From: Octopus vulgaris
Lineage: Eukaryota
Direction: 5' to 3'
Assembly (NCBI GenBank): GCA_951406725.2
Contig: OX597832.1
Coordinates: 6,882,001 to 6,946,000 of the forward strand
Length of the DNA stretch: 64,000 bases
This document shows, in pieces, positions 40,561 to 52,820 of the stretch (within the stretch, counting starts at the first letter, position 1; every line of letters starts with the position of its first letter). Below the pieces are notes generated by a model, which ran no database searches, was not told the DNA's origin, and worked only from the letters and a program-made list of their open reading frames with translations. Made by a program: the position numbers and the translations under genes.

Positions 40561-41515
40561 CAAGATAACAAGTATCTTGCCAAATGTTAGTAGTTTCCAT
40601 CATTTTAATATTTCCATTACTTCAGACAGTGAGCTGGCAGAATTGTTAGCATGCAAGGCAAAATGCTTAGCAGCATCTTGTCTGTCTTTACATTCTGAGT
40701 TCAAATTCCACCAAGGTCGGCTTTGCCTTTCATCCTTTTGAGGTCAACAACATAAGTACTAGTTGAACACTGGGGTTGATGTAATTGATTTACCCCTTCC
40801 CCGAAATTGCTGGCATAGTGCCAAATTTTGAAATCAATATGCCAAAACAGACACAGAAATCTAGTGCAGGCTCCTGCATGACTGGCTCTTGTAAAACTGT
40901 CCAACCTACACCAGCATAAACAGACGCTAAACAATGATGATGATTTCCATTATTTCTTTTATCACCCTCTTATTTTCTTCTATTATTCTATTTTACTTTG
41001 TTGTCATCTAATTTACCAGATTCTGTTGCTGCTAATGCTTTTATCAGTTCTTTTATTACCATTTCAATGTATTTCATTTAAATCATTTGTCAATTATTTT
41101 ATTGCCATCCTCTATTTGCTATCTTAAGTATGCTCATTTATAAAGAGGTATTGTGGCATTAATCCTATTTCTGTCTTTTCTCTTAACATTGCATACAAGT
41201 TGCTTATGGGGTCTTGCTTGTGTGATTTTAACAAATAAAGAAATAAAAGAAGCGCTAACAGAAACTAGTGTTTGGGGTACAATTCAGCTTTGTTATGTAA
41301 TGTAGGGTCACAAAGAAAAGGCAGAAATTGTGAAAACTAACATTTGTAGTAACTTTGAAGGTCTTAAGGAATAATAGTAATACATAATATAAATACATCC
41401 ACATTCCTAATCAACAGTGGTTGTTTGCATATCTGGTTATGTTCAAAAAACATAAAACCAATCTATCTTTATGAGTGTCATAGAAATAAACTCATTTTTT
41501 GTGCTTTTATTTCAG

Positions 41516-41682
41516 GTGAAAACTGTTACACACCTAAAAATGTTATTTTAAATGCTGGAGAAGTAATTAATGAATCTGGCCTCCAGTGCAAATGCAAATT
41601 CTCAGAAGATAACTTGGAAGAACCTACAGCACATTGTACAGAAAAAATTGAAGCTGCTGCTGCTCCTCCAGATGACATTTGA
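41516..41682 (+). CDS. VWC2/VWC2L-like protein, coding exon 2 (GENCYTPKNVILNAGE...PPDDI*)
   Basis: ttttatttcag acceptor, phase 1; the join gives CPNGENCY..ILNAGE..CKC, like the VWC2L CKNGPNCF..IPAG partial second repeat; total 167 aa. Confidence 0.9.
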
Positions 41683-41729
41683 ATGTCATGAATTCAATTG
41701 AGTGCTGACTCAGTTAATCTAATACGATG

Positions 41730-41735
41730 AATAAA
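41730..41735 (+). terminator. Polyadenylation signal of the VWC gene
   Basis: AATAAA 48 nt after the stop, followed by a GT/T-rich tract at about 41761-41776. Confidence 0.6.
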
Positions 41736-43019
41736 ATCACTTAAAAGAGAAAACAGAAAAGTTGTTTTATTTTTTTATACCAACTGCAATTCCAGTTACA
41801 AAGTGTTATTTATTTATTTATCCTAATCACTAATATGATGAAGGAGAGATAATTGCTTAACCCTTCATATCAAAAGTATTCATCAATGAGTGATTTGGGG
41901 AAGAGAAGGCTTAAGAAAAACTATAAGATTTATTTATCTTTTCAAAAGCAAGGCAAAGAAAGTGAAATATCTTTAAGAAATGAATCAGGAGTTTTGGTTC
42001 AGTTTACTCTGCAAATTGCTACCAACAGAGACATTTACCTCATCATAGTACAAATTTATAACTTTTTTTTTTCTTGTTTCAGTCATTTGACTGCGGCCAT
42101 ACTGGAGCACTGCCTTTAGTCGAGCAACTCGATCCCGGGACTTATTCTTTGTAAGCCCAGTACTTATTCTATCGGTCTCTTTTGCCGAACCGCTAAGTGA
42201 CGGGAACACAAACACACCAGCATCGTCAAACAATGCTAGGGGGACAAACACACACGCACACATACATATATATACATATATACGACGGGCTTCTTTCAGT
42301 TTCTGTCTACCAAATCCACTAACAAGACTTTGGTCGGCCCGAGGCTATAGTAGAAGATACTTGCCCAAGGTGCCACACAGTGAGACTGAACCTGGAACCA
42401 TGTGGTTGGTAAGCAAGCTACTTACCACACAGCTACTCCTGCGCCTATGATGAATAACTGTTATCAAGAATAAAATATTATTAAATTTTTTTTTTACTCG
42501 AGTTACATAGCAACACTCAGTACTGGGATTAAGGACTATCTGCACTTTAACAAATCAACCAGCACTAGCTGACTCAACCAGCTACCTTTATCCTTAAGTC
42601 TTATTTATTGCATCATGGATGTAGCTTCTAATCACAACTGAGAAAAATGACATTGGCATTTACTTTCTTCAGAAAATAAAAAAACAAACAAAAAATATGT
42701 TTGTTAGAGAAAAAACAAGTTACACTGTTTGATTATGTCCTAAAAATTTTTTTACACTGCTTTCCATGACTCTCTGACACCATCCAATTCCATTATTATG
42801 AATTTGAATTGGGAGCTTAAGTTATAGCAAATCTTTCATTAGCTGATTACACAACCACGGATGGTACCCTTATGGATGTGTTGTCATTACTCTCTTGTTA
42901 GAGCTTGGAGATCCTGACCATTGATCTAGCAATTCTCTGTTCAGCATCAACGTAAGAAGCATCGTTGGCTCAGGTGAGCGCGTCTGCTACCTCTTCGCAA
43001 TAAGTCCCATGACTTTGTT

Positions 43020-43535
43020 GTATCTATGGCAGGGTGGCTGAAGAGGTGCTATACCTTGTTAAAGAGCAGCCTGTAACTATGCAGGGCAAAGTTGTCATTC
43101 TGTGAGGTATTTTCAAATATCTGCATATCCTAAAATATTTAACAGAATATGTTAGGAGATCAGGGAATTCTGATGGAGAAGAAACTGGAAGAGAGTTCCA
43201 GTGGAAGGTTGTTCTTAGAAAAAACATCTGATATAGTCAGGGCGATGAGGTGAGACGATAGAAGTATGACGAGTAACTTAATATGAGGAGACACAGAGTT
43301 AAAACAGCAGTCAATAAAATAGAACAAAGAGGACACAACATGAAAGTAGGCTAGTGTCTGGATTAATTAAGTATGACAGTATGTGAGAGACAGAGACTGA
43401 GGGATGCAACATCCTAAATATGTGAACAGTATACTAATGTTAGGTGAATTTGAGTTTGTAAAGAAATATCAGCTTTTCAAGGTTTGCATCTGAAATCTCT
43501 CTTTGAATGAAGAAGAGACTGTATGATGCTTGAGA
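43020..43535 (-). mobile_element. Decayed LINE 3' remnant
   Basis: FFLRTTFHWNSLP...FPDL C-terminal RT motif. Confidence 0.5.
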
Positions 43536-44619
43536 TCATCATCATCATCGTTTAACGTCCGCTTTCCATGCTAGCATGGGTTGGGCGGTTTAACTGGGGT
43601 CTGGGAAGCCCGAAGGCTGCAACAGGCCTAGTCAGATCTGGCAGTGTTTCTACAGCAGGATGCCCTTCCTAACGCCAACCACTCCGTGAGTGTAGTGGGT
43701 GCTTTTTATGTGCCACCAACACAGGTGCCAGACGAGGCTGGCGAACGGCCTCTCTCGGATGGTGCTTTTTATGTGCCACCAGCACGGAGTTCGTGGAAGT
43801 GGGTTGTGGGCACTGACTGTAGAGTATAGGTGAAGGCTGGAAAGAATGAGATGAGCCTGCTCACTAGATGTGCAACATCAACATACACTAATAGCAGAGT
43901 ATAAAGCAAAAATGTGAGCATCTGAGATAACAGTGTACAAGAAAGAGGAATCCAAAAGTATGGGTGTGTGATATACATGAGGAAGGATAGCTGTGTGAAG
44001 AAGGATCAAACAATGCAAGTAGAAAGAGTCTGGAGAAGCAGAATTAAGAAGACATGGACAGAAGTGGTAAGGGCTGAACTTAGGATCCTGGGCTTTACAG
44101 AGTAAATCATGAAGGATCACAAATGGGTGGAGAAGCACAATATTAAAACTGACCCTTATCTGTTTCCAAATAAGGTAAATTTTCCTTATAATTAGACATG
44201 TTTTCACAGAAAATTGGGAATGGAGGACACCACTGGCATGACAGTGAGAGTCATTTACAACTATCACATGATATCAATGCAAGGAGACAGAGGCATACAC
44301 ACACACACACACGTCTCTTTCAGTTTCTGTCAACCAAATTCACTTACAAGGCTTTGGTTGGTCCAGAACATTGTAGAAAACATTAGCCCAAGGTATAACA
44401 CAGTGGGATTGAACCTGGCATCATATGGCTGGGAAACTTCTTACCACAGGGCCATGTATGTGCCTACAAGTATGGAAAAACTCAGGAGAAGGAGAATGTT
44501 CACAGAGCTCAATAAAGAATCCTTAATAAACTGAAGGGGATCTAACCAACTATGACCAATTAAGGAATCATTATATGCCTATAGTTTCAGAAGACAATTC
44601 ACTTCATATTTGTTATTCT

Positions 44620-46630
44620 GTGAACTATTATTTCTGCTTATGAACCTCAACTGGGGCTGCCAGGTGAACAGAAAGATCAATTTTATTACACCCTTTTGCA
44701 GACTACTCTGTACCCAAACAACAATGACCTGTTTGTGGCTGGTGACTTCAATGAACATGTTGAGCAGCATCCGGGTGGTTTCAATGGGGTGCATGGGGGC
44801 TATGGAGTTAGTTCCCACAATGAGGAGTGAACTAGGCTGTTGCAGTTTGTGATGCAAATGACTTAAAGATCTGCTATACTAACTTTAGGAAACCAGCCAG
44901 TCACCAGTTCATTTATCAATCTGGTGGCAACACAAGCCAAACTGACTACATTCTCACCAGAAAACAGGAAAAATAGAAGCATTATATGAGGAGAAGGAGA
45001 TAGTAACGTAAAACACAGCGGACAACTGGAGGTTCCTACGGAACAATTTAATGAGGGCCCTGGTGGGAGAGGGATATAAAAATAGCCATTAGTGTGAAGA
45101 AATGGGGTTGGAAAAGTGGTGGTAGCAGAGAACTATACCAGGTAGCAAGAAGGGAAGCTAGGAGACAGGTATATTTAGCTAGGAGAGAAGTAGAAAGAAA
45201 GAAAATTTACCAATGTTCTGTGGTGTGAGGACCAGAGGCTCGAGGTATATTGGATTGCATGACAGTGTGTCAGAGAAAATCATGATGTTGAGGAAGTGTA
45301 TTTGCATGGATGATGGTTCACTTGCAGTTAGTGATTCTGCAAAGAGCTCAACTAATTGGAAAGAGAGTTAGCTGAGATAAAGTGCAGTTTGATTTTAAAC
45401 AAGGAAGTACTACTGATGCAATACGCCTGGTAAGGCATCTGCAGAAGTATTTAGCCAAAAATAAGCCTCTGTACTTGACATGGAGAAAGCCTTTGACAGT
45501 ATCCTCTGCTCCCTTGTCTGGTGCTCAATATGAAGGTGAGGGATAGACAAGTGGTTGGTGAGATGTGTAAAAGCTATGTACTAAGATGCTTTCAGTAAGG
45601 TGAAAGTTGACAATGAGTAGTAATGAATTTAGGGTACAGGAAAGCGTTCACCAAGGATCAGTCCTCAATACCCTCTTGTTTATCATATTCCTCTAGGCTA
45701 TATCAGAGGAATTCAAGACTGGTTGCCTTTGGGAGCCCATCTACATTGATGACTTTGTTCCTATTCTGAATCACTACCAGAACAAAAGAAACCTCAGGTG
45801 CAGAAGTAAAGACAGGAATCAAAGAAGCCTTAGAGTTAATTTAGCAAAGACTTAGTAAGTAGGAAAACAGACAAATCACTTATCTCTTCTTGATATGTAG
45901 AAAAGGTGTTGGTGGAAACTCCATATGGTGCACATATTGCAAACTATGGACAATAAGAAATGCAGCGTTATCAAAGAAAGGTTAACAGAAAAAGTAGTTT
46001 TTGTGTGTGGCAGATGTGCACGTACAATAAACACTAAGAATGTACAGAAAACAGACTCCCTCAAATGTCCAGTGGGGTCCTTAGAAGTAGTAGATAGTTT
46101 GCAGACTAGCTGACCAAGTCAGCAGTAGAGGAGGAAGATTTGAAAGTGCAATTGCGAGAATAAGAATGGGCTGGGCAAAGTTCAGAGAGCTACTACCTTT
46201 GTTGCAAACAAAGAACCTCTCCCTCAGAATGAAAAGAAGAATGTATGATGCCTGTGTAGTTACAGTTATACTACATGGTAGTAAAACATGAGTTGTGATG
46301 ACAGAGGACATGTGAAGGTTTGAAAGAAATGAAGCTAGTATGTTCTGCTGGATGGGCAACGTCAGCATGCTTATATGACTGGGTATAAGAGGCATCAGAT
46401 GTAGTGTGCAAGAGAGAAGACTGTGCTGGTATGATCATGTGATGCATATGGATGAAGGAAGCTGCACAAAGAAGTGCCAATCTCTAATTGTAAAAGGAGC
46501 TTGTGGAAGGGATATACTCAGGAAGACACGGAATGAAATGAGAAATGATCTTCAGATATTGAGCCTCATTGAGGAAATAACAAGGGGCTAAAACTTCTGG
46601 AGATTTTCTGTTCTTGAGATGACATCAAGC
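44620..46630 (+). mobile_element. Decayed RTE-clade LINE (APE+RT remnants)
   Basis: FVAGDFNEHV, TDYILTR, MEKAFD, VHQGSVL, ARIRMGWAKFRELLP, YDACV, ERNEASM, RRLCWYDHV. Confidence 0.85.
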
Positions 46631-47785
46631 TAAGTAAAATCATGGCCATCCATACTTACAGGTATGTCATTTAGAGCCGTAACCCTCTTCCCCCCATATA
46701 TAATTCTTTCCTCTGGCAAAACACTCCCACAACCCATCTTCCTAATATCCCAACTACCCACTGCAGGCCCCTCCACTCTCTCTCATGTGTCTATCCACAC
46801 ATTCTCCATGCCTTTACATATCTACCATACCTACCAACCACTCCAATTCCTCTCACCATCACTTGCTATCTCTAAATATCTCCCCTTACACTCTTATGAA
46901 ACATCCTCTATATTCTCTCTGCACTACTTATACAGCCCAGCCCCTTACTGTTCTCTCTATCACAGTCTCCCTCTCCTTCCTTGTCCTACTGAGGTAGCTA
47001 TGTATCTCATCTGTAGTAAGACAGCTACCCTGTCCCTCTATCATACTCCAAACTCTTACCTGGCACATGGCCACTTCTATTTTTTTTTTACTACCCACAA
47101 GGGGCTAAACACAGAGAGGATAAACAAGGACAGACAAACGGATTAAGTTGATTATATTGACCCCAGTGTGTAACTGGTACTTATTTAATCGACCCCGAAA
47201 CGATGAAAGGCAAAGTCGACCTCGGCGGAATTTAAACTCAGAACGTAGCAGCAGACGAAATACCGCTAAGCATTTCGCCCGGCATGGTAACGTTTCTGCC
47301 AGCTTGCACATGGCCACTTCTCTCAGTTCTACTCCCTCTCTCAGCTGAAACATTCTTGTCTTGCAAGCAACTCTGTGACTCCACAGGTGCTGGTTCCACA
47401 TAAAAAGCACCTGTGCCAGTGTCACATTTAAAACACCCATGCTGGTGCCACATAAAAAGCACCTTTCTAGTACCAACTAAAAAGCACTCCTGCTGGTTCC
47501 ACCTAAAAGACACCCATCCTGTAAAAAGCTCCAGTGCTGCTTTCACATTAAAAGCATTCAATACACTCTATGAAGTAATTGGCATTAGGAAGTGTATTCA
47601 GCTGTAGAAACCATGCCAAAATAGATAATTGGAGCCTGGTGCAGCTCTCTGGCTTGCCAGCTCCTGTCAAACATCCATTTTCCATGCCGGCATGGAAAAT
47701 GGATGCTAAATAATGATGATAATGAACTGAACATCATAAATCTATAAATTTGTGACAGTAAGAAATTAATATATGTGAGACTTAC

Positions 47786-47872
47786 GACGACATGGCGCTT
47801 CATTCCTGGTAATGGAGAAATTATCTCGCAATCACTTGAGTCTGATACAACAATAATAGAATTCTTTTTCTT
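47786..47872 (-). CDS. ZNF451: ZNF451-like exon 2 (KKKNSIIVVSDSSDCEIISPLPGMKRHVV), second SIM-like motif
   Basis: tttttcag acceptor, GTC|gtaagt donor, 87 nt, phase 0-0; sequence resembles exon 1. Confidence 0.75.
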
Positions 47873-48131
47873 CTGAAAAATAGAAATTGTCATAATCATC
47901 ATAATACCTAAGTAGAAATAGGAATACAGGGAGAAAAAGACATTGATACAATATTATTTTAATAATTCCAACTAATATGGGAGACAACCCTGGATCTTGA
48001 TGAAGCATGCATCACTGCATCAGCTGAAATATCATTACTTAATATCCTCTTTTCCATGCACAGAATTTGAGAGATTTTTCTATGGCTGGTTGCCCTTCTT
48101 GTTGCCAACTTTCACTCGTTTTCAAGCAAGG

Positions 48132-48568
48132 TAATTGATAAATATCAATTATTATTTATTGATTATAAAAAAGACATTATCTCATCTGACAGCTGTTTCT
48201 GTTCGCGCTATTTAGGGCAATAATCAGGCTTAATTATTACAAAAATAATAACAATTATCACTGTAAATAATTAATTAAATCAACCTAGACAGTGGAACTT
48301 CATCAGAGCGGAAAAGTAAAGAAAAAGTTGGTCAAAAGGTTTTCAGAGGGATAGCATGTAACATCAACTGGTATATCCTTACTTTCTCTTTACTTTTCTG
48401 CTCTGATGAAGTAACACTAATCAGGTTGGTATAATTAATTATTTACAATGATAATTATTGTTATTGCAATAATTAAACCTGATTATTGCCCTAAATAGCT
48501 TGAACTGAAACGGTTAATGTCTTTTTTTTTTATAATCAATAAATAATTGGTTATCAATTATCAATTTA
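48132..48568. repeat. Long inverted repeat (about 195 bp arms)
   Basis: GCTATTTAGGGCAATAATCAGG / CCTGATTATTGCCCTAAATAGC and CTTCATCAGAGC / GCTCTGATGAAG are reverse complements. Confidence 0.85.
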
Positions 48569-48727
48569 TCGCCATTTTCTTTAAATATAGATAAATTTCG
48601 GTTTATTCTTTTCCTTATCTATCATTTATGAGCATAGAGGTAAGACACCAGTTAATTAATTGGATACAAGTATCCCTTAGACGGTCTTTATAACCTCTAA
48701 TTTAATTCATATATATATATATATATA

Positions 48728-49388
48728 TCATCATCATCGTTTAACGTCCACTTTCCATGCTAGCGACCTAGATGGCTGCACCAGGCTCCAATCTTGATCT
48801 GGCAGAGTTTCTAAAGCTGGATGCCCTTCCAAAAGCCAACCAATCCGAGAGTGTAGTGGGTGCTTTTTACGTGCCACCGGCACGGGGCCAGTCAGGTGGC
48901 ACTGGCAACGACCTTGCTCAAATCTTTTTACACATGCCACTGAAGCAACATTGGTAACGATCACGCTCGAATGGTGCCCTTTTACGTGCCATGTGTACGG
49001 AAGCCAGTTGGCTGCTCTAGCAACGATCATGCTCGGATGGTGCTCTTGGCACCCTACTAGCACAGGCATAAGTGCCAGTAAGGCGACACTGGTAACGTTC
49101 ATACTCGAATAGCCTCTCTGTCAACGATCACACTTGTATGGTGCTCTTTGCACCCCGCTAGCACAAATTGATTTTGATTTCACTTGCTTCAAGAGGTCTT
49201 CACAGCATATTTCCAAAGGTCTCGGTCGCTAGTCATTTCCTTGGTGAGGCCTAATGTTCGACGGTCGTGCTTCACCACTTTATCCTAGGTCTACCTCTTC
49301 CACAGGTTCCCTCAACCACTAGGGTGTGGCACTTTTTCACGCAGCTATCCTCATCCATTCTTGCCACATGACCATACCAGCGCAGTCA
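48728..49388 (-). mobile_element. RTE LINE 3' end / 3'UTR-derived retroposon
   Basis: (CAT)n tail on +, CTGCGCTGGTATGGTCATGTG (LRWYGHV) on -. Confidence 0.8.
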
Positions 49389-50567
49389 TAACCCGTGCTA
49401 GCACGGAAAACGGACATTAAACGATGATGATGATATATATATATCTATATTATACACACACACATGCTTTCATTTTCCATCTTCTGGGGCTATAGCCAAA
49501 GACACTTATTCAAGGAGTTATACAAATAATGATATTTATTTTTTAAACATTTTCTTTTTTTTTATTGCATACTTGTATACAATATTGTACATTTAGTGCT
49601 TTCTTCATCACTTAAGCTGTTGCAATATAACCTGACTGAAAAAGTTTGATAAACTGAACCAAGTCATTGAAGTAATGTTGATTAAAACTTCACTGCCCTA
49701 GTACTTCCATTTAAGTATTTGATGTTTTTCTTTTATGCAACTGACATCACTAAGTAACTTTAGTGATATAGTTTTTCAAATATGCATCTTTCTTTTATCT
49801 CTCGTCATTGTACTACAGCCATACTGGACCACTGCTTTAAAGGATTGAGTCGAATAAATCCATCCTAGTACTTATTCTATCAGTTTTGCTTGTTACAGGA
49901 ACGTAAATAAACCAGCACCGGTTGTCAAGCACATATATATACATATATCGGGGTCGATAAATTAAGTACCAGTTACGCACTGGGGTCGATGTAATCGACT
50001 TAATCCGTTTGTCTGTCCTTGTTTGTCTCCTCCGTGTTTAGCCCCTTGTGGGTAGCAAAGAAATATATACATACACACATACAAGCTTCTTCCAGTTTCT
50101 GTCTAACATATCCACTCACAAGCCTTTAATCGGCCGAAGGTATCATGCATTGGGACTAAACCCAGAACCGTGTGGCTGGGAATTATTGTCAAACCTGCGT
50201 CTAATTTTGTTCACCCCTCAACAGAATAACACTGAAACCAGCCATTCTACATATTAACATCATACAATTACTTAGTAATTTTGGTTATCTCACCCCCATT
50301 AAAAAATTGATTTTATATGGTGACAAGAGATTGGATTAAAAGGGTTAGATCCTTTTGATTCAAATACTTCAACACATTGTTGACTTTTGGCTTCCTCAAT
50401 AGGCATGGTATGGAGCTCCTTTAGAAACGCACTTCTCTAAGAAAATGAAATGCAATAAAAAAAAAAAGTCATGAAAATGGAAAATACATACAAAATAAAT
50501 GATGTATGCAAAAAATTACAAAGATTCATCCATTTTTAAATATTTTATACTAAAAAATAAAACAAAT

Positions 50568-50978
50568 AGGCGCAGGAGTGGCTGTGTGGTAAGTAGCTTG
50601 TTTACCAACCACATGGTTCCGGGTTCAGTCCCACTGCGTGGCACCTTGGGCAAGTGTCTTCTACTATAGCCTCGGGCCGACCAAACCCTTGTGAGTGGAT
50701 TTGGTAGACGGAAACTGAAAGAAGCCCGTCGTATATATGTGTGTATATATATATATATATGCGTGTGTGTGTTTGTGTGTCTGTTTGTCCCCCTAGCATT
50801 CCTTGACAACCGATGCTGGTGTGTTTATGTCCCCGTCCCTTAGCGGTTCGGCAAAAGAGACCGACAGAATAAGTACTGGGCTTACAAAAGAATAAGTCCC
50901 GGGGTCGAGTTGCTCGACTAAAGAAAGTCGGTGCTCCAGCATGGCCACAGTCAAATGACTGAAACAAGTAAAAGAGTA
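50568..50978 (+). mobile_element. tRNA-derived CORE-like SINE family C; copies at about 4210-4622(-), 25005-25405, 42070-42446(-), partial 218-420, 9885-10055, 10537-10700, 12986-13190
   Basis: A-box TGGCTGTGTGG, B-box GGTTCAGTCCC, CORE-like CCTTGGGCAAGT, central (TA/TG)n, tail GAAACAAGTAAAAGAGTA. Confidence 0.88.
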
Positions 50979-51161
50979 AACGGAAAACGGGCACTCGCAA
51001 ATATAAACAAACGTGTCGGACGAAACAAGGGGCGGTAATTTACTTTTACCAGCCAGGTATTTATCAATGATACAAGGAGCCCGACAATATCGTTTGCAAA
51101 ATTCTCATTTATTTTTTTTTACTGAGGACACTCATTAGAAGGCGCACATGACGAAGCAAAC

Positions 51162-51888
51162 GGACCCCTCCACCCCTTGAATTTTTTTTTATGGAATCCC
51201 ACATTTCCGGCTATAGAGGAGATTCCGATTCTGAAAAAAAAAAAAAAAATTTCAAAAATCGGAACTTCAAAATTTCAATCCGCCCCATCAACTCCATTTC
51301 CTCATTTTTCACTTTTTCCAGAAACTTTTTTTATTTATTTTGCGAAATACGTAGAAAAATACAGAGATTATGACTGAAAAATAATTGTAAAATTTCAATT
51401 TTTCAAAATAAAAAAAAAAAGATTACCCCAAACTCTCCCGATTCTAGGGCCTTGGCCTTCAAGCATGCTATCCACATGCTAGAAATAACAGCCAAATCTC
51501 ACAACACTGCGATAACATAATGAAAGAAATATGTAATCAATCTACTCACCTTTCCGCAAAGATTTCTTTCAGAGTCATTTTCCGCAGTAATATGACAAAG
51601 TGAAATTCAAGTGTTCATTTTTTTTTTTTTTTTGATAGTTACAAAAAACACGCGTGCAGAAATAACAGCAAACTCTTTTGAAAAACATAAGTAAAAATAG
51701 CAAAGAAATACTGTGAAATTAAAGTGTTCGTTTTTTGGGGGTTTTCCAGAATCATAATCTCCGTATTTTTCTACGTATTTCGCCAAAAAAAAAAAAATTT
51801 TTTTCCGGAAAAAGTTTTTCAGAATAGGAATCTCCATACCCGAAAACGTGGGATCCGGGAAAACAAAATTTAAGGGATGGAGGGGTCC
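51162..51888. repeat. Diverged inverted repeat in ZNF451-like intron 1
   Basis: GGACCCCTCCA, GGAGATTCC.ATTCTGAAAAA and GCGAAATACGTAGAAAAATAC.GAGATTATGA occur on opposite strands (51162-51377 vs 51746-51888). Confidence 0.75.
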
Positions 51889-52328
51889 ACTTATGTCTCT
51901 GCCATGTGCACCCTTGCTTACAGCATAGCTCCACCAAATTTTCGACTAAAAGAAAAAAAGAAAAAATTGTAGAAAAGTTATGTGGGGGTTTTTTGGGGGT
52001 TTTTTTTGCAAAAACTTCGCCTGAAAAAGAAAAATTTAAAATAGCATAAACAAACACAATTGCCGCATCAACTCATGTGCTAGAAACAAGTTGTATGCGT
52101 TTCTTTGAATGGAACCCGGAAATAATGTTCAAAAATATTATCACAGTGGTGTAGAATATACAATATGGCACTGTCATGCCTTTACAATATTGTAAATATA
52201 ATTGTTTTTGTAGCTTTCAATGACATCAACGGTGTACAATAATACCTCGTTTATTATTCTGTAATTTCGGAGATGTACTCGCATAGCAAGTGATTTGATC
52301 TGAGATCGTGTGTGCTGGAAAGAAAACA

Positions 52329-52513
52329 ATTGCAGCGTGGAAAGTGTTTATAAGCCATTTAAGAAACACACAAAAACCGTTCGATACACTTCAACATTTA
52401 AGTTTAATTTGTCAAAATATTTTCGTCGACGAATTAAACTTAAATGTTGAAGTGAATCGAACGGTTTTTGCGTGTTTCTTAAATGGCTTACGAACACCTT
52501 CCACGCTGCAATT
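52329..52513. repeat. Near-perfect palindrome (about 80 bp arms)
   Basis: AATTGCAGCGTGGAA...AAGCCATTTAAGAAACAC mirrored; ORFs 52308+ and 52348- translate almost identically. Confidence 0.9.
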
Positions 52514-52539
52514 ATATTCTGTAATTTGTTTTCGTAGAA

Positions 52540-52705
52540 CAGGGGTTCCCAACCTGGGGTCGGCAAAGATGGTAGTAGAGGTCCCTGAACTCGTAGCAAA
52601 CACTAGTGTTCGCTGCAAACTAAATTTAAAAATTCATACCTATGTATAAGCACATTAAAAGGGGGTACGTGGAGAAAACTCATTCAAATAAAAGGGTTGA
52701 AAAGC
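52540..52705. mobile_element. hAT-type MITE (degenerate right end)
   Basis: CAGGGGTTCCCAAC left TIR; flanks tcgtagaa / gtgtagaa. Confidence 0.45.
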
Positions 52706-52820
52706 GGTGTAGAATAAATTCTTTAAAAGATGTGGTCGAACGAAGAAGACACTATTTCATATAAATACAAAATTTATTCAACAAAAAAGAAAGAAGACAT
52801 TTATTTTTTCAGATACATAC

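Noticed and set aside
49573-49635. Exon-like minus-strand segment (LYCNSLSDEESTKCTILYT) with AG and GT borders
   Set aside because: Ends in phase 1, incompatible with exon 2; not needed for the frame-consistent model.
50568-50645. tRNA-like A/B boxes (also at 2107, 25005, 62573)
   Set aside because: They are SINE heads followed by SINE bodies; no complete cloverleaf could be supported.
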